Assembly (NCBI GenBank): GCA_002269645.1
Contig: NIVC01000808.1
Coordinates: 310,001-374,000, forward strand
DNA length: 64,000 nucleotides
Direction: 5' to 3'
Origin: Macrostomum lignano
Lineage: Eukaryota
The position numbers and the translations under genes were made by a program. A model generated the notes under the pieces. That model was not told the origin of the DNA. It ran no database searches and saw nothing but the letters and a program-made list of their open reading frames with translations. The stretch's first letter is position 1, and every line of letters begins with the position of its first letter. Shown piece after piece: positions 41,592 through 58,600 of this stretch.

Positions 41592-42411
41592 CTATGTATT
41601 TCTATGTAGTATTAATTATTTATGTCTTAATAAATAGAAACTACATAGATATACAGGAATAAAAATTTAAAAAATATAAGTTGGACAAATAAATAATTAT
41701 ATCTTTAAAATGACAGAAATTGTATGCCAACTATATTAGGGACCCCTGGATATATGTCTATAATCCCATATAATAAAAATGGTTTGTCTGTGTTGTGAGC
41801 CATCCCCGTGCACTGCCATTTACCATTCTACCATTAATAAATATGCTGTAAGACCTTTTCTATCATTTCTATAAGAGTTATTTTAGTCATATGACATAAG
41901 TAAAATTAATATTTTACCAAATCATTTTATAATTAATAAGATTACACATAGATAATTTGTGCTTTTATAGATATATTTCTATTTTTTAAACTAAATTATA
42001 TTTTTTAAAGCTTTTTGCCTTTCATGCTTGGGTGCAACCTAGGGATTTATAGGGTGCTATCAAAATGGCCACATGCAGAACAGCCACATAAAAAAACAGC
42101 CACACTATCAAAATGGCTACAAAACCAAATGCCTACATAAAACAAAAAGTATTGCAGGTATCCCACTTGTTTCATTCTTAATATTGTATGATAAACACAG
42201 ATTGTTTGGGGGGCAAACGGCAACTTAAACCGAGGGACTCTGTGACATCCGCCAGCTTTTCGTTTTTCGAGGAGGCTCTTCCCCCTCCTTTTCGTTCTGG
42301 CCTGGCGTGGAAGCGGCTAGCTTCCTCGTCTTGGTCTGCTGGTGGGGGACGGATCCCCCCTGCTGCTTTTTTGCGGGGCAGGTGGCTGCTAAGTAGTTGG
42401 CTGCTGGCTAA

Positions 42412-47498
<5,087 letters not shown>

Positions 47499-48559
47499 TC
47501 CTTGTGCTCTTTTACCTTGGGGTTGCGATAGGGGCCTCGCGGCCTATTCGCGGCGCCTGCGCCCCCCGTCAGTAGTAAGTAAGTAAGTAATCCCACTTGT
47601 TTCATTCTTAATATTGTATGATAAACACAGCCTCTACTATGAATATTCTAAACTCTTGTTATTCTTAAAGTAATACATTGATGTAATTGAGTATACTTCA
47701 TGTTCTTAATTAATTTTAACTTTGGTACTTGCATCATTTTGCATCAAAATGCAAAAGAAGTGAATGCATTGAGATATTATGAAATTTATGCAGGCAACAT
47801 GCATCCAAAAAGAATGCATCAAAGAAGCGAAGACAAAATTGTATTTTATAGAGTGACCAACAATTAGTTAAGTAATTGTTGAAATGAAATGTTAAATGCA
47901 TCATAGAGTAATAGAGGTACAATGAATCACAAAGCAAAATTTACCACAAAAGTTAAATGCAGGGTTTTTTGTGCACAGAGTATGCGTATATACCTTAAAT
48001 TTTAAAATTGCACACTAAAATTAAAAAAGTAGGTGCGGTTTAGGTGCGGTCTTATAACCATTTTTTTAAAGGCTTAACCATGCTTAAGCTATTTTTCATG
48101 CACTGCTTTAAAATATGAAACAAAATAACTCTTTAAATCCTATTAAGTCATATAGGCGATATAGCCTATGGCTATAGCCTTATGTAAGATATTAAAATAT
48201 ACATTCCTAGTTGTCTGAAACAAGACTCAAGAGAAATTGCACTCTAAGCCTTAAAATCGCACCTTGAAATTTGGAACAAGGTGCGATTTCACACCTTGTC
48301 TCTGGCAAAAAAACCCAAGTTAAATTGATCACAAAAGTAGAAATAATCACAAAGGTACTTGCATGCTTTTGGATTTTTGTAGTGCACTATAGTATTGGAG
48401 CTAAATGTCACTCGAAACTACATTAATAAAGTCCTAATAGTAGTAAATGTGATAGACATCTGTAAGTGTAACATTTTGTTTTATGTGGCCATTTTGTTGT
48501 GTGGCCATTTTGACAGTGTGGCCATTTTGTTGTGTGGCCATTTTGACAGAATTCACCCA

Positions 48560-48680
48560 GCCATTTCTATTGGCAACATACACATATAAATTACTATTAG
48601 ACAGAATAATAGGGCCTAGTCACGTGACTGCTCTTAGCCAATAGCAATTTGTATGTGTGTGTGTTGCCAATAGAAATGGC
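48560..48680. promoter_or_regulatory. Palindromic module (perfect 19-bp inverted repeats) enclosing the E-box GTCACGTGAC and a CCAAT box
   Basis: GCCATTTCTATTGGCAACA (48560-78) / TGTTGCCAATAGAAATGGC (48662-80). GTCACGTGAC at 48619-28, CCAAT at 48638-42. Located upstream of Unkempt; function inferred only. Confidence 0.35.
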
Positions 48681-49626
48681 CAAGTGATTCCCAAGGTTGT
48701 GCATGTTACTTCTGAATTGCCAAAAACAATTTTGACAGAACTTGCCCCTAATTTTTGAATTTCACCTAGTAGTAGTAGTATATTAATAACCTTGTATTTT
48801 TATTTTATTTGATAAATCTAAGTTGCTTAAATAAAAATAAACCATACTTTTGAAAATTAATCAAAAAATTGAAAAAAAATTGTAGGCCCCTATCTTAAAA
48901 TTAAATTTCTAGGCCTAATGCTTTTGCAGTCTATTTTGCTTTAGGCCTATGCCGCCTAATAGTATTAGACACTGATCATTTTTGTCCAAATGTATACAAA
49001 TGTATACATATGCATACAAGTCCAAATGTATATATATATCAAATTGCTTTACGCAAACAAAAGGTATTTAACCTTTTTCTAAGCATTAAGCATAATATAT
49101 CTAGGCCTACGCCTAGCACCTAGGCACTTATGTTAAAATTCACCCTGTTTACTGCCAGAAAAGTTAATTAGCTTAAGTTAAATTTAAGCGTCCTACAATT
49201 TGTTCGCTTCAGACGAAGAAGTGAACTAGCAAACTACGAGACTACTGTCTCTCTGTGAACTCAGACAAACACAATGCAATCAGAGTAGTAACATCATTGA
49301 TGTCGGGTCGATGAAGTTCGTAGTTAGCGTCTTTTATGTTAGAAACTTTTTTTTCAGTTTAAAGGTACCTTGCGACGGTAGCAGATTAACAAAAAGAGCT
49401 TTACATACCTAATAAAAGTACAACTCTTACTAAAAGTTTATATTTACGAAATATATATTTAAAAAAATAAGCAGGATGCTTTGAAAAAACTACATTATTA
49501 GTATTTACATTAGATACAATGATTTCCGTACTATCAACAGCAGGAATTTCAGACAGCTTTTACAGCAACAAACAAATAGGCTTTTCAAAGTAAAAAGCTG
49601 TCTAATGTTCCGTTTGACATTAGAAT

Positions 49627-52600
49627 ATGTCATCACTATCTCCCATAGCACAGAATTCTTCTTTAGCAACTTTATCTAATGTTATTCTCTCTACAAGTCT
49701 ACCAATGATGTCATCTCAAGCGTCGCCTCAGAACTTGACAGGCAGTGTACCACTCCCCCCAGAGTTAGATTTAGCAACACAAGGAATAGGTATGCCAACT
49801 GTTTTTGTAAAACCACAACATTTAAAGTAAGTCTCAGTTTAAATTCATTATTTTGCTGTTTTGCTTATCTATAATTATGGATTTACTTTCTGATTTAATG
49901 GCTGAGCTTTTATATTGTTTTAACATTTAACATTTTAATTAGTTTTGTGAGTAAAATTAGATAAAGAATATAAACAAATGTTTAAGCTACATTGAAACAA
50001 AAATTAATTCACATTTTTTTTAACTTTTTCATATATTTGTCAGGGGCAGAATAGTTTCTGTTAAAAGTATTTTGATAGTAGTTTTAAAAAATAATTGAGA
50101 GACAAAATGCTATAAATTTATTTTTATTACCATAGAGACTTTTCGTTTTGTTTTAACAAATTTTTGCACTACTTTTTGCAATGTGCAGTTCCAATTGTTC
50201 CAAACCTTTGTAAATGTTGTATCATGCATACCAATATGTGGATCTTTACTAATTTTTTATTTTTTCTGACAAATTGCAGTTATCTCCGCGACTTCCGCAC
50301 TCAGCAGTGCCCACTGTTTGCGAATCATAAGTGCACGCAGCATAAGCCGTTCACCTGCTTTCATTGGCATTTTCCAAATCAGCGCCGGCGTCGCCCATTG
50401 CGCAAAGCGGACGGAACTTTCACTTATTCGCCTGATGTGTATTGCGACAAGTACGACGAGACCCGAGGGGAGTGCCCCAACGCCGACGCTTGTCCCTACC
50501 TGCACCGAAATGCCGGCGACACTGAGAGGCGCTACCATCTGCGCTACTTTAAAACCGGCACCTGCATTCACGACACGGACGCCCGAGGTCACTGCTCACG
50601 AAATGGTGCCCACTGCGCCTTTGCTCACGGCGCCAACGATCTGCGCGTGCCTGTTTACGACATCCGCGAAGTTCAAGAGGCCGCCGACTGTCCTGTGAAC
50701 TTGCCGGCCAGCCTGGAGAAAGAGCGTGTCCTGTCCGAAGATCCCAAATGGAACGACATGGGCTATGTGCTGGCCAACTACAAAACCGAGCAGTGCCGCA
50801 AGCCGCCGCGAATGTGCCGTCAGGGCTACGCCTGTCCATTCTATCACAACGCCAAGGACAAGCGTCGGGGACCGCACGTGCACAAGTACAGGTGAGTGTG
50901 ATCAAGGTCCAGTGAGGTGCATATTATAAAGGCACACTAGAAGTGTACGTGTGTCATGGAAGTCTATAAACTCTGCGTGAGTGCTGTGCCCGTGTACGTA
51001 GCCTGTGAGCCTAGCACCACTGATAGAACACGGAAGTAACGAATCAAAACAAAGACTTTGTTAAATATATCTTCCTTGTCCACCCAGTTTGACGCTTGTT
51101 TGATTAGCGATTGGCGCATAACTTTCTCAGCTTAGATGACCATCGGCAACACAAGCTAAACTATAAGTTTGTCTTCTTTAAACGGTTTTTTTAATTTCTA
51201 ATTTTTTGCGAATAGCATTGTCGTCCTGCTGTGCTTTTACTAGAAAAATCTCGGTCAATACTAATCCTGTTGTCCAGCAGAGGCGGTGGAATCAGGGTGT
51301 CCGTACCCCTTGCATGCAATTTCCTAGGTAGCTTGCACTATAGGAATTTGGATTTTGAGTGCAATCCGAAGCAGTCTTATCTATAAGGCGCATGCAGTAC
51401 GGCCAAATGCATATTCGGGCGGGAAGCCGGAAAAGATGCTTCCGTCAGCAAAGCTCTTTCGATTCATCTTCATCCCCTACCTCTCCCCCTTCAAAAGCTT
51501 TTTCTGTTTTCATTTCGCGAAGGAGGAGGCCTCCCTGGCTTAGGCCTTGAGCATGCGAACAGAGGGGAGGGTGAGAGATTATATGGCAAAGAAATGAATA
51601 CTTGGTTGGAACTACAAGAGCCGAATGAGAGGACGGAGAAAGGGGGTGCAGAACGCGGACGTACAGCTGGTTGGTTGTTGTTGAACGCAGTGAGCGGGGC
51701 TGTACAGGTCTGACAGCTTATTGAACTGTCTTTCCTCTCTCGCCGCTTCAGCCCTTGCCCCCTCCCCCAGCCCCAAATACGAACTGACGCTCTTTCCGTC
51801 GCCCTGCTTTACGAAAATCTATTTTTAGAGCCCCGTATACAGCAACCCCAAATGCAGCGCGGATCGATGAGCACTGGGGGGGGGGGCTGGTTCGGTCCGA
51901 CCGGGCAGAGGGGGGAGGCGAGGCTTGCGCAGCCAGCGGCGGAAAAATCAATAAATACTAGCCACAGAGCGACTGTCCGGGTTTGCCCGGCTCTAACTTA
52001 CGAATCTAAAGCTGCTAAGCCCTCTCTCCCCTGCTCCTTCTTCCCCCTTCCAAAGCTGTACTCTTATCAAACTGTACAGTGTAGTGAAGTGCGATATCCA
52101 CTGCTTGATTCAGTGTGCTGTCAGCTCCCCCATTAGCTGCACTTCAAACTTAACAAGATGCATGCGCGCATGGTGTGGCTTAATAAATAGAGATATACGT
52201 AGCGACCTGATAAAGTGCAAGGCAGCTGACACGATTCACAGTTTAATTGGAGGCACGAGTATGTTCCATTTGTTCCGGCAGGGAATTCATCAAATTGACC
52301 TGCACTTCCTTGTTGATATTATTAACAGGCTAGATGGATGTCCTTACCTTGCATCGGTATGGCACTATTCGAGATGAATTTAGTCAACGAAATGGTATCG
52401 ATTGATGGGGCTCTGTATTTCGAAAAATCGATTGCCCTTTCTCCATTCTCGCCATCCACGCTTAGCTACTCAATCTCTCACTCTTCCACCCAGTAAATAC
52501 ACAAAGGCCCAGTCAAACTAGTTCCAGTCGCGCAGTTCAGTCCGCAGACAATTGACTTCAGCCTGGACAATTACCTCTCCCTTCTTATTCCAAATCGCAG

Positions 52601-55600
52601 ATCAACTCCCTGTCCGGCAGTGAAGAGATCGGACGAATGGCTTGACAGCAGCCTCTGCGAGCAGGCCGACGACTGTCAGTATTGCCACACCCGCACCGAG
52701 CAGCAGTTCCACCCAGAGGTGAGCGCCGCAGATCCGTGTTCTTCCATTTAGCGTTTAAGGGCGAAAGCAATAAATCACGTGACTGTATCTCGTCAGCTGA
52801 CTTGACGGCGCTGATTTTACTTGTGATTGTTAATGAAATACACACGTTTTTTATTCTACTGTCAGTAGATAGACGCGAATTTTCTTGCCAACGTACCCTC
52901 GCGCAGATTTATAAGTCGACAAAGTGCAACGATGTCATGCAGCAGAACTACTGTCCAAGGGGTCCGTTCTGCGCCTTCGCCCACGAGGAGTCGGAGATGA
53001 ACTTCGGGCGGAACTTTATGCAGGACATGGGCCTGCTGATGCTGGGCGCTGTGCAGCAGCAACAATCACCGCAGCTGCCGCAGCTTCATCTGCAGCAGCA
53101 GCAGCAGCCGCAGCAGCAGCAACAGCAGGCGACGGGACCTGCACCTCTGACACTGGGCCGTCTCATCAGCCCGAGCGTGTGGGAGCAATCCGCAGCGGTT
53201 GGCGGCAATCGAGGTTTGGCTTCAATTGCTTAATTGCTGCTCCTAGTAGAGTAAATTTCTATTCGGTGCAAGTAGCTGTTTAGCCACCCATCAAACTATC
53301 CAGATTTCTAAGCTTCCACGTACGGCTCACGGGTTTCAATGCTACACGTAGACAGGTCTCGGGGACGTGACGGGGACAAGTTCGGACCGGATGTCAATGC
53401 ACTAACCACCTACTAGGGAGTGAAATAACGCGGACAAGTGGTTTTGATAAATAGGTTGCACCCATTAGTTACAACATACAAGCGATAATGAAACAAAAAA
53501 ATTGGTTACACCTTCTATAATGGGCAGATGTGCAACCGACAGCTCAGCCGCAGCTATTGCGCGGCGCATCTGAAGGCTGCGTACGGCTGTTAGTTTAAAG
53601 ACACTGGGGACTGGGGGTCGCCACACACAGCCTCAACTACCCCAGCTAATGCTGGCACCCATTTTACAGCTGGGTGAACTGAAGCAATGCAGAGTTAAGT
53701 GCCTTGCTCAAGGACACAAATAGGGATTGCAATCCCGGGATCCCATGATCCCGAAATTCCGGGATTGGGCCCAAATCCCGGGACTAATTTTTGTTATTAT
53801 TTTTACAAAAAGTGTTGTAATATGAACATAATTGGGCCCACAACAAGTTTATTATACTGCGCTAATTTCCGTTAATTGCCTCACGTCGCGTGGCGCCTTT
53901 TTAAACCCCGCATCACAGATTTAAATTTGAAAATTTGATATATGATTTGCTTCTTTACTACTAATTAGTGCTTTTATACTACTTTCTTAAATACGTCACA
54001 AGATAATGCTGTTTTTCATCTACGAAAATATCATTATGTCTATTACAATCAAAAATGGAAGCAAAAATACATTTAGAGCATATTTTGCCTTGAAATTTCA
54101 ACCCAAAAGCTGAAAAATCTGTGTTTTTCTGATCCCGGGATCGGAAAAAACGGGATTTTGCAATCCCTAGACACAAATTGTTCCGAGTGGGTCGAAAATC
54201 GAACCCCCGACTTTTGAGTCGTGAGTCCAACGCTCTAACCACTAGGCTACAATCCCCTCACTACAGGCGAGAAAAATCGATAAATTCCATAAAAAGCAGC
54301 AAGTAGGTTCGGTGACATCCGCGACAGGCAAATTCACTGTTCCGACCCCGGAGTGATGCTTTTACATACCGATTCTGACTCTTGACTTTGGTACATTCTG
54401 CGCCTCTATTCGTTTTTTCACTGCAGCCAGCGGTCTGCACAGAGCTGGCCAACAGCAGAACCAGCTGGCGTCTCCTAGCAGCGCCATGCTACCAGAGCTG
54501 GATGACCTTGACCTCTCCGAGCACGACAGCGTCGGCTTCGTCGGCGCCAGCAGCAGCGCTAGCTTTGGCGGCGCCGGTCCCGGCCACGCGAGCTCGTCCC
54601 AGGGCAGCGATTCGTTCAGCCCGTTGCCTGGCTTCCCGAGCAGCAGCAGCGGCCCAATTGGAATCCCCGGGGCCAAAGTGCATTCCTCATCCTCATCATC
54701 ATCGGCTGTCGGGGCAGCCGCGGCCGCGGCAACCCGCCATAGCCCCGGTTTCAATCCGCTGACTTACGTGGCCGCCGATCAGCAGTCAGCAATGCAGAGT
54801 TCTGCGGAGGGGCCACCGCCCGTTGGCTCGCTGCCGTTCCAGACGCTCTTTGACGTGAGTTTTCTGGGGAGCATGAGAAGCCTCTCTTTAGCTGGCTTCC
54901 CCTCTGTAGCTGGCGCCCCCTCTGTAGCTGGCGCCCCCTCTGTAGCTGGCATCCCCTCTGTAGCTGGCATCCCCTCTGTAGCTGTTGCCCCCTCTGTAGC
55001 TGGCGCCCACTCTGTAGCTGGCGCCCCCTCTGTAGCTGGCATCCCCTCTGTAGCTGGCATCCCCTCTGTAGCTGTTGCCCCCTCTGTAGCTGGCATCCCC
55101 TCTGTAGCTGGCGCCCACTCTGTAGCTGGCATCCCCTCTGTAGCTGGCATCCCCTCTGTAGCTGGCATCCTCTCTTTAGCTGGCGCCCACTCTGTAGCTG
55201 GCGCCCACACTGTAGCTGGCATCCCTTCTGTAGCTGGCATCCCCTCTGTAGCTGGCATCCTCTCTGTAGCTTGCATCTCCTCTGTAGCTGGCTTCCCCTC
55301 TGTAGCTGGCATCCCCTCTGTAGCTGGCATCCTCTCTGTAGCTTGCATCCCCTCTGTAGCTGGCATTCCCTCTGTAGCTGGCATCCCCTCTGTAGCTGGC
55401 ATCCCCTCTGTAGCTGGCGCCCCTCTGTAGCTGGCATCCTCTCTGTAGCTGGCATCCTCTCTGTAGCTTGCATCCCCTCTGTAGCTGGCATCCCCTCTGT
55501 AGCTGGCATCCCCTCTGTAGCTGGCATCCCCTCTGTAGCTGGCATCCCCTCTGTAGCTGGCATTCCCTCTGTAGCTGGCATCCCCTCTGTAGCTGGCATC

Positions 55601-58600
55601 CCCTCTGTAGCTGGCATCCCCTCTGTAGCTTGCATTCCCTCTGTAGCTGGCTTCCCCTCTGTAGCTGGCATCTTCTCTGTAGCTGGCATCCTCTCTGTAG
55701 CTGGCATCCCCTCTGTAGCTGGCATCCTCTCTTTAGCTGGCGCCCACTCTGTAGCTGGCGCCCACACTGTAGCTGGCATCCCTTCTGTAGCTGGCATCCC
55801 CTCTGTAGCTGGCATCCTCTCTGTAGCTTGCATCTCCTCTGTAGCTGGCTTCCCCTCTGTAGCTGGCATCCCCTCTGTAGCTGGCATCCTCTCTGTAGCT
55901 TGCATCCTCTCTGTAGCTGGCATTCCCTCTGTAGCTGGCATCCCCTCTGTAGCTGGCATCCCCTCTGTAGCTGGCGCCCCCTCTGTAGCTGGCATCCTCT
56001 CTGTAGCTGGCATCCTCTCTGTAGCTTGCATCCCCTCTGTAGCTGGCATCCCCTCTGTAGCTGGCATCCCCTCTGTAGCTGGCATCCCCTCTGTAGCTGG
56101 CATCCCCTCTGTAGCTGGCATTCCCTCTGTAGCTGGCATCCCCTCTGTAGCTGGCATCCCCTCTGTAGCTTGCATTCCCTCTGTAGCTGGCTTCCCCTCT
56201 GTAGCTGGCATCTTCTCTGTAGCTGGCATCCTCTCTGTAGCTGGCATCCTCTCTGTAGCTGGCATCCTCTCTGTAGCTTGCATCCCCTCTGTAGCTTGCA
56301 TCCTCTCTGTAGCTGGCATCCTCTCTGTAGCTGGCATCCCCTCTGTAGCTGGCATCCTCTCTGTAGCTTGCATCCCCTCTGTAGCTGGCATCCTCTCTGT
56401 AGCTGGCATCCCCTCTGTAGCTGGCATCCCCTCTGTAGCTGGCATCCCCTCTGTAGCTGGCATTCCCTCTGTAGCTGGCATCCCCTCTGTAGCTGGCATC
56501 CTCTCTGTAGCTGGCATCCTCTCTGTAGCTGGCATCCTCTCTGTAGCTGGCATCCCCTCTGTAGCTGGCATCCTCTCTGTAGCTGGCATCCTCTCTGTAG
56601 CTGGCATCCTCTCTGTAGCTGGCATCCTCTCTGTAGCTGGCATCCCCTCTGTAGCTGGCACCCCTTCTGTAGCTGACATCCCCTCTGTAGCTGGCATCCC
56701 CTCTGTAGCTGGCGCCCCCTCTGTAGCTGGCATCCCCTCTGTAGCTGGCATTCCCTCTGTAGCTGACATCCCCTCTGTAGCTGGCATCCCCTCTGTAGCT
56801 GGCGCCCCCTCTGTAGCTGGCATCCTCTCTGTAGCTGGCATCCTCTCTGTAGCTGGCATCTCCTCTGTAGCTGGCATCCCCTCTGTAGCTTGCATCTCCT
56901 CTGTAGCTGGCTTCCCCTCTGTAGCTGGCATCTTCTCTGTAGCTGGCATCCTCTCTGTAGCTGGCATCCTCTCTGTAGCTTGCATCCCCTCTGTAGCTGG
57001 CATCCCCTCTGTAGCTGGCATCCTCTCTGTAGCTGGCATCCTCTCTGTAGCTGGCATCCTTTCTGTAGCTGGCATCCCCTCTGTAGCTGGCATCCTCTCT
57101 GTAGCTGTTGCCCCCTCTGTAGCTGGCATCCCCTCTGTAGCTGGCATCCTTTCTGTAGCTGGCATCCCCTCTGTAGCTGGCATCCTCTCTGTAGCTGGCA
57201 TCCTCTCTGTAGCTGGCATCCCCTCTGTAGCTGTTGCCCCTCTGTAGCTGGCATCCCCTCTGTAGCTGTTGCCCCTCTGTAGCTGGCATCCCCTCTGTAG
57301 CTGGCATCCTCTCTGTAGCTGGCATCCCCTCTGTAGCTTGCATCTCCTCTGTAGCTGGCTTCCCCTCTGTAGCTGGCATCTTCTCTGTAGCTGGCATCCT
57401 CTCTGTAGCTGGCATCCTCTCTGTAGCTGGCGCCCCCTCTGTAGCTGGCATCCTCTCTGTAGCTGGCATCCTCTCTGTAGCTGGCATCTCCTCTGTAGCT
57501 GGCATCCCCTCTGTAGCTTGCATCTCCTCTGTAGCTGGCTTCCCCTCTGTAGCTGGCATCTTCTCTGTAGCTGGCATCCTCTCTGTAGCTGGCATCCTCT
57601 CTGTAGCTTGCATCCCCTCTGTAGCTGGCATCCCCTCTGTAGCTGGCATCCTCTCTGTAGCTGGCATCCTCTCTGTAGCTGGCATCCTTTCTGTAGCTGG
57701 CATCCCCTCTGTAGCTGGCATCCTCTCTGTAGCTGTTGCCCCTCTGTAGCTGGCATCCCCTCTGTAGCTGGCATCCTTTCTGTAGCTGGCATCCCCTCTG
57801 TAGCTGGCATCCTCTCTGTAGCTGGCATCCTCTCTGTAGCTGGCATCCCCTCTGTAGCTGTTGCCCCCTCTGTAGCTGGCATCCCCTCTGTAGCTGTTGC
57901 CCCCTCTGTAGCTGGCATCCCCTCTGTAGCTGGCATCCTCTCTGTAGCTGGCATCCCCTCTGTAGCTTGCATCTCCTCTGTAGCTGGCTTCCCCTCTGTA
58001 GCTGGCATCTTCTCTGTAGCTGGCATCCTCTCTGTAGCTGGCATCCTCTCTGTAGCTGGCGCCCCCTCTGTAGCTGGCATCCTCTCTGTAGCTGGCATCC
58101 TCTCTGTAGCTGGCATCTCCTCTGTAGCTGGCATCCCCTCTGTAGCTTGCATCTCCTCTGTAGCTGGCTTCCCCTCTGTAGCTGGCATCTTCTCTGTAGC
58201 TGGCATCCTCTCTGTAGCTGGCATCCTCTCTGTAGCTTGCATCCCCTCTGTAGCTGGCATCCCCTCTGTAGCTGGCATCCTCTCTGTAGCTGGCATCCTC
58301 TCTGTAGCTGGCATCCTTTCTGTAGCTGGCATCCCCTCTGTAGCTGGCATCCTCTCTGTAGCTGTTGCCCCCTCTGTAGCTGGCATCCCCTCTGTAGCTG
58401 GCATCCTTTCTGTAGCTGGCATCCCCTCTGTAGCTGGCATCCTCTCTGTAGCTGGCATCCTCTCTGTAGCTGGCATCCCCTCTGTAGCTGTTGCCCCCTC
58501 TGTAGCTGGCATCCCCTCTGTAGCTGTTGCCCCCTCTGTAGCTGGCATCCCCTCTGTAGCTGGCATCCTCTCTGTAGCTGGCATCCCCTCTGTAGCTTGC

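Noticed and set aside
48254-48289. Perfect 13-bp hairpin AAATCGCACCTTG/CAAGGTGCGATTT
   Set aside because: Lies inside the MITE-like element, with no evidence of an independent function.
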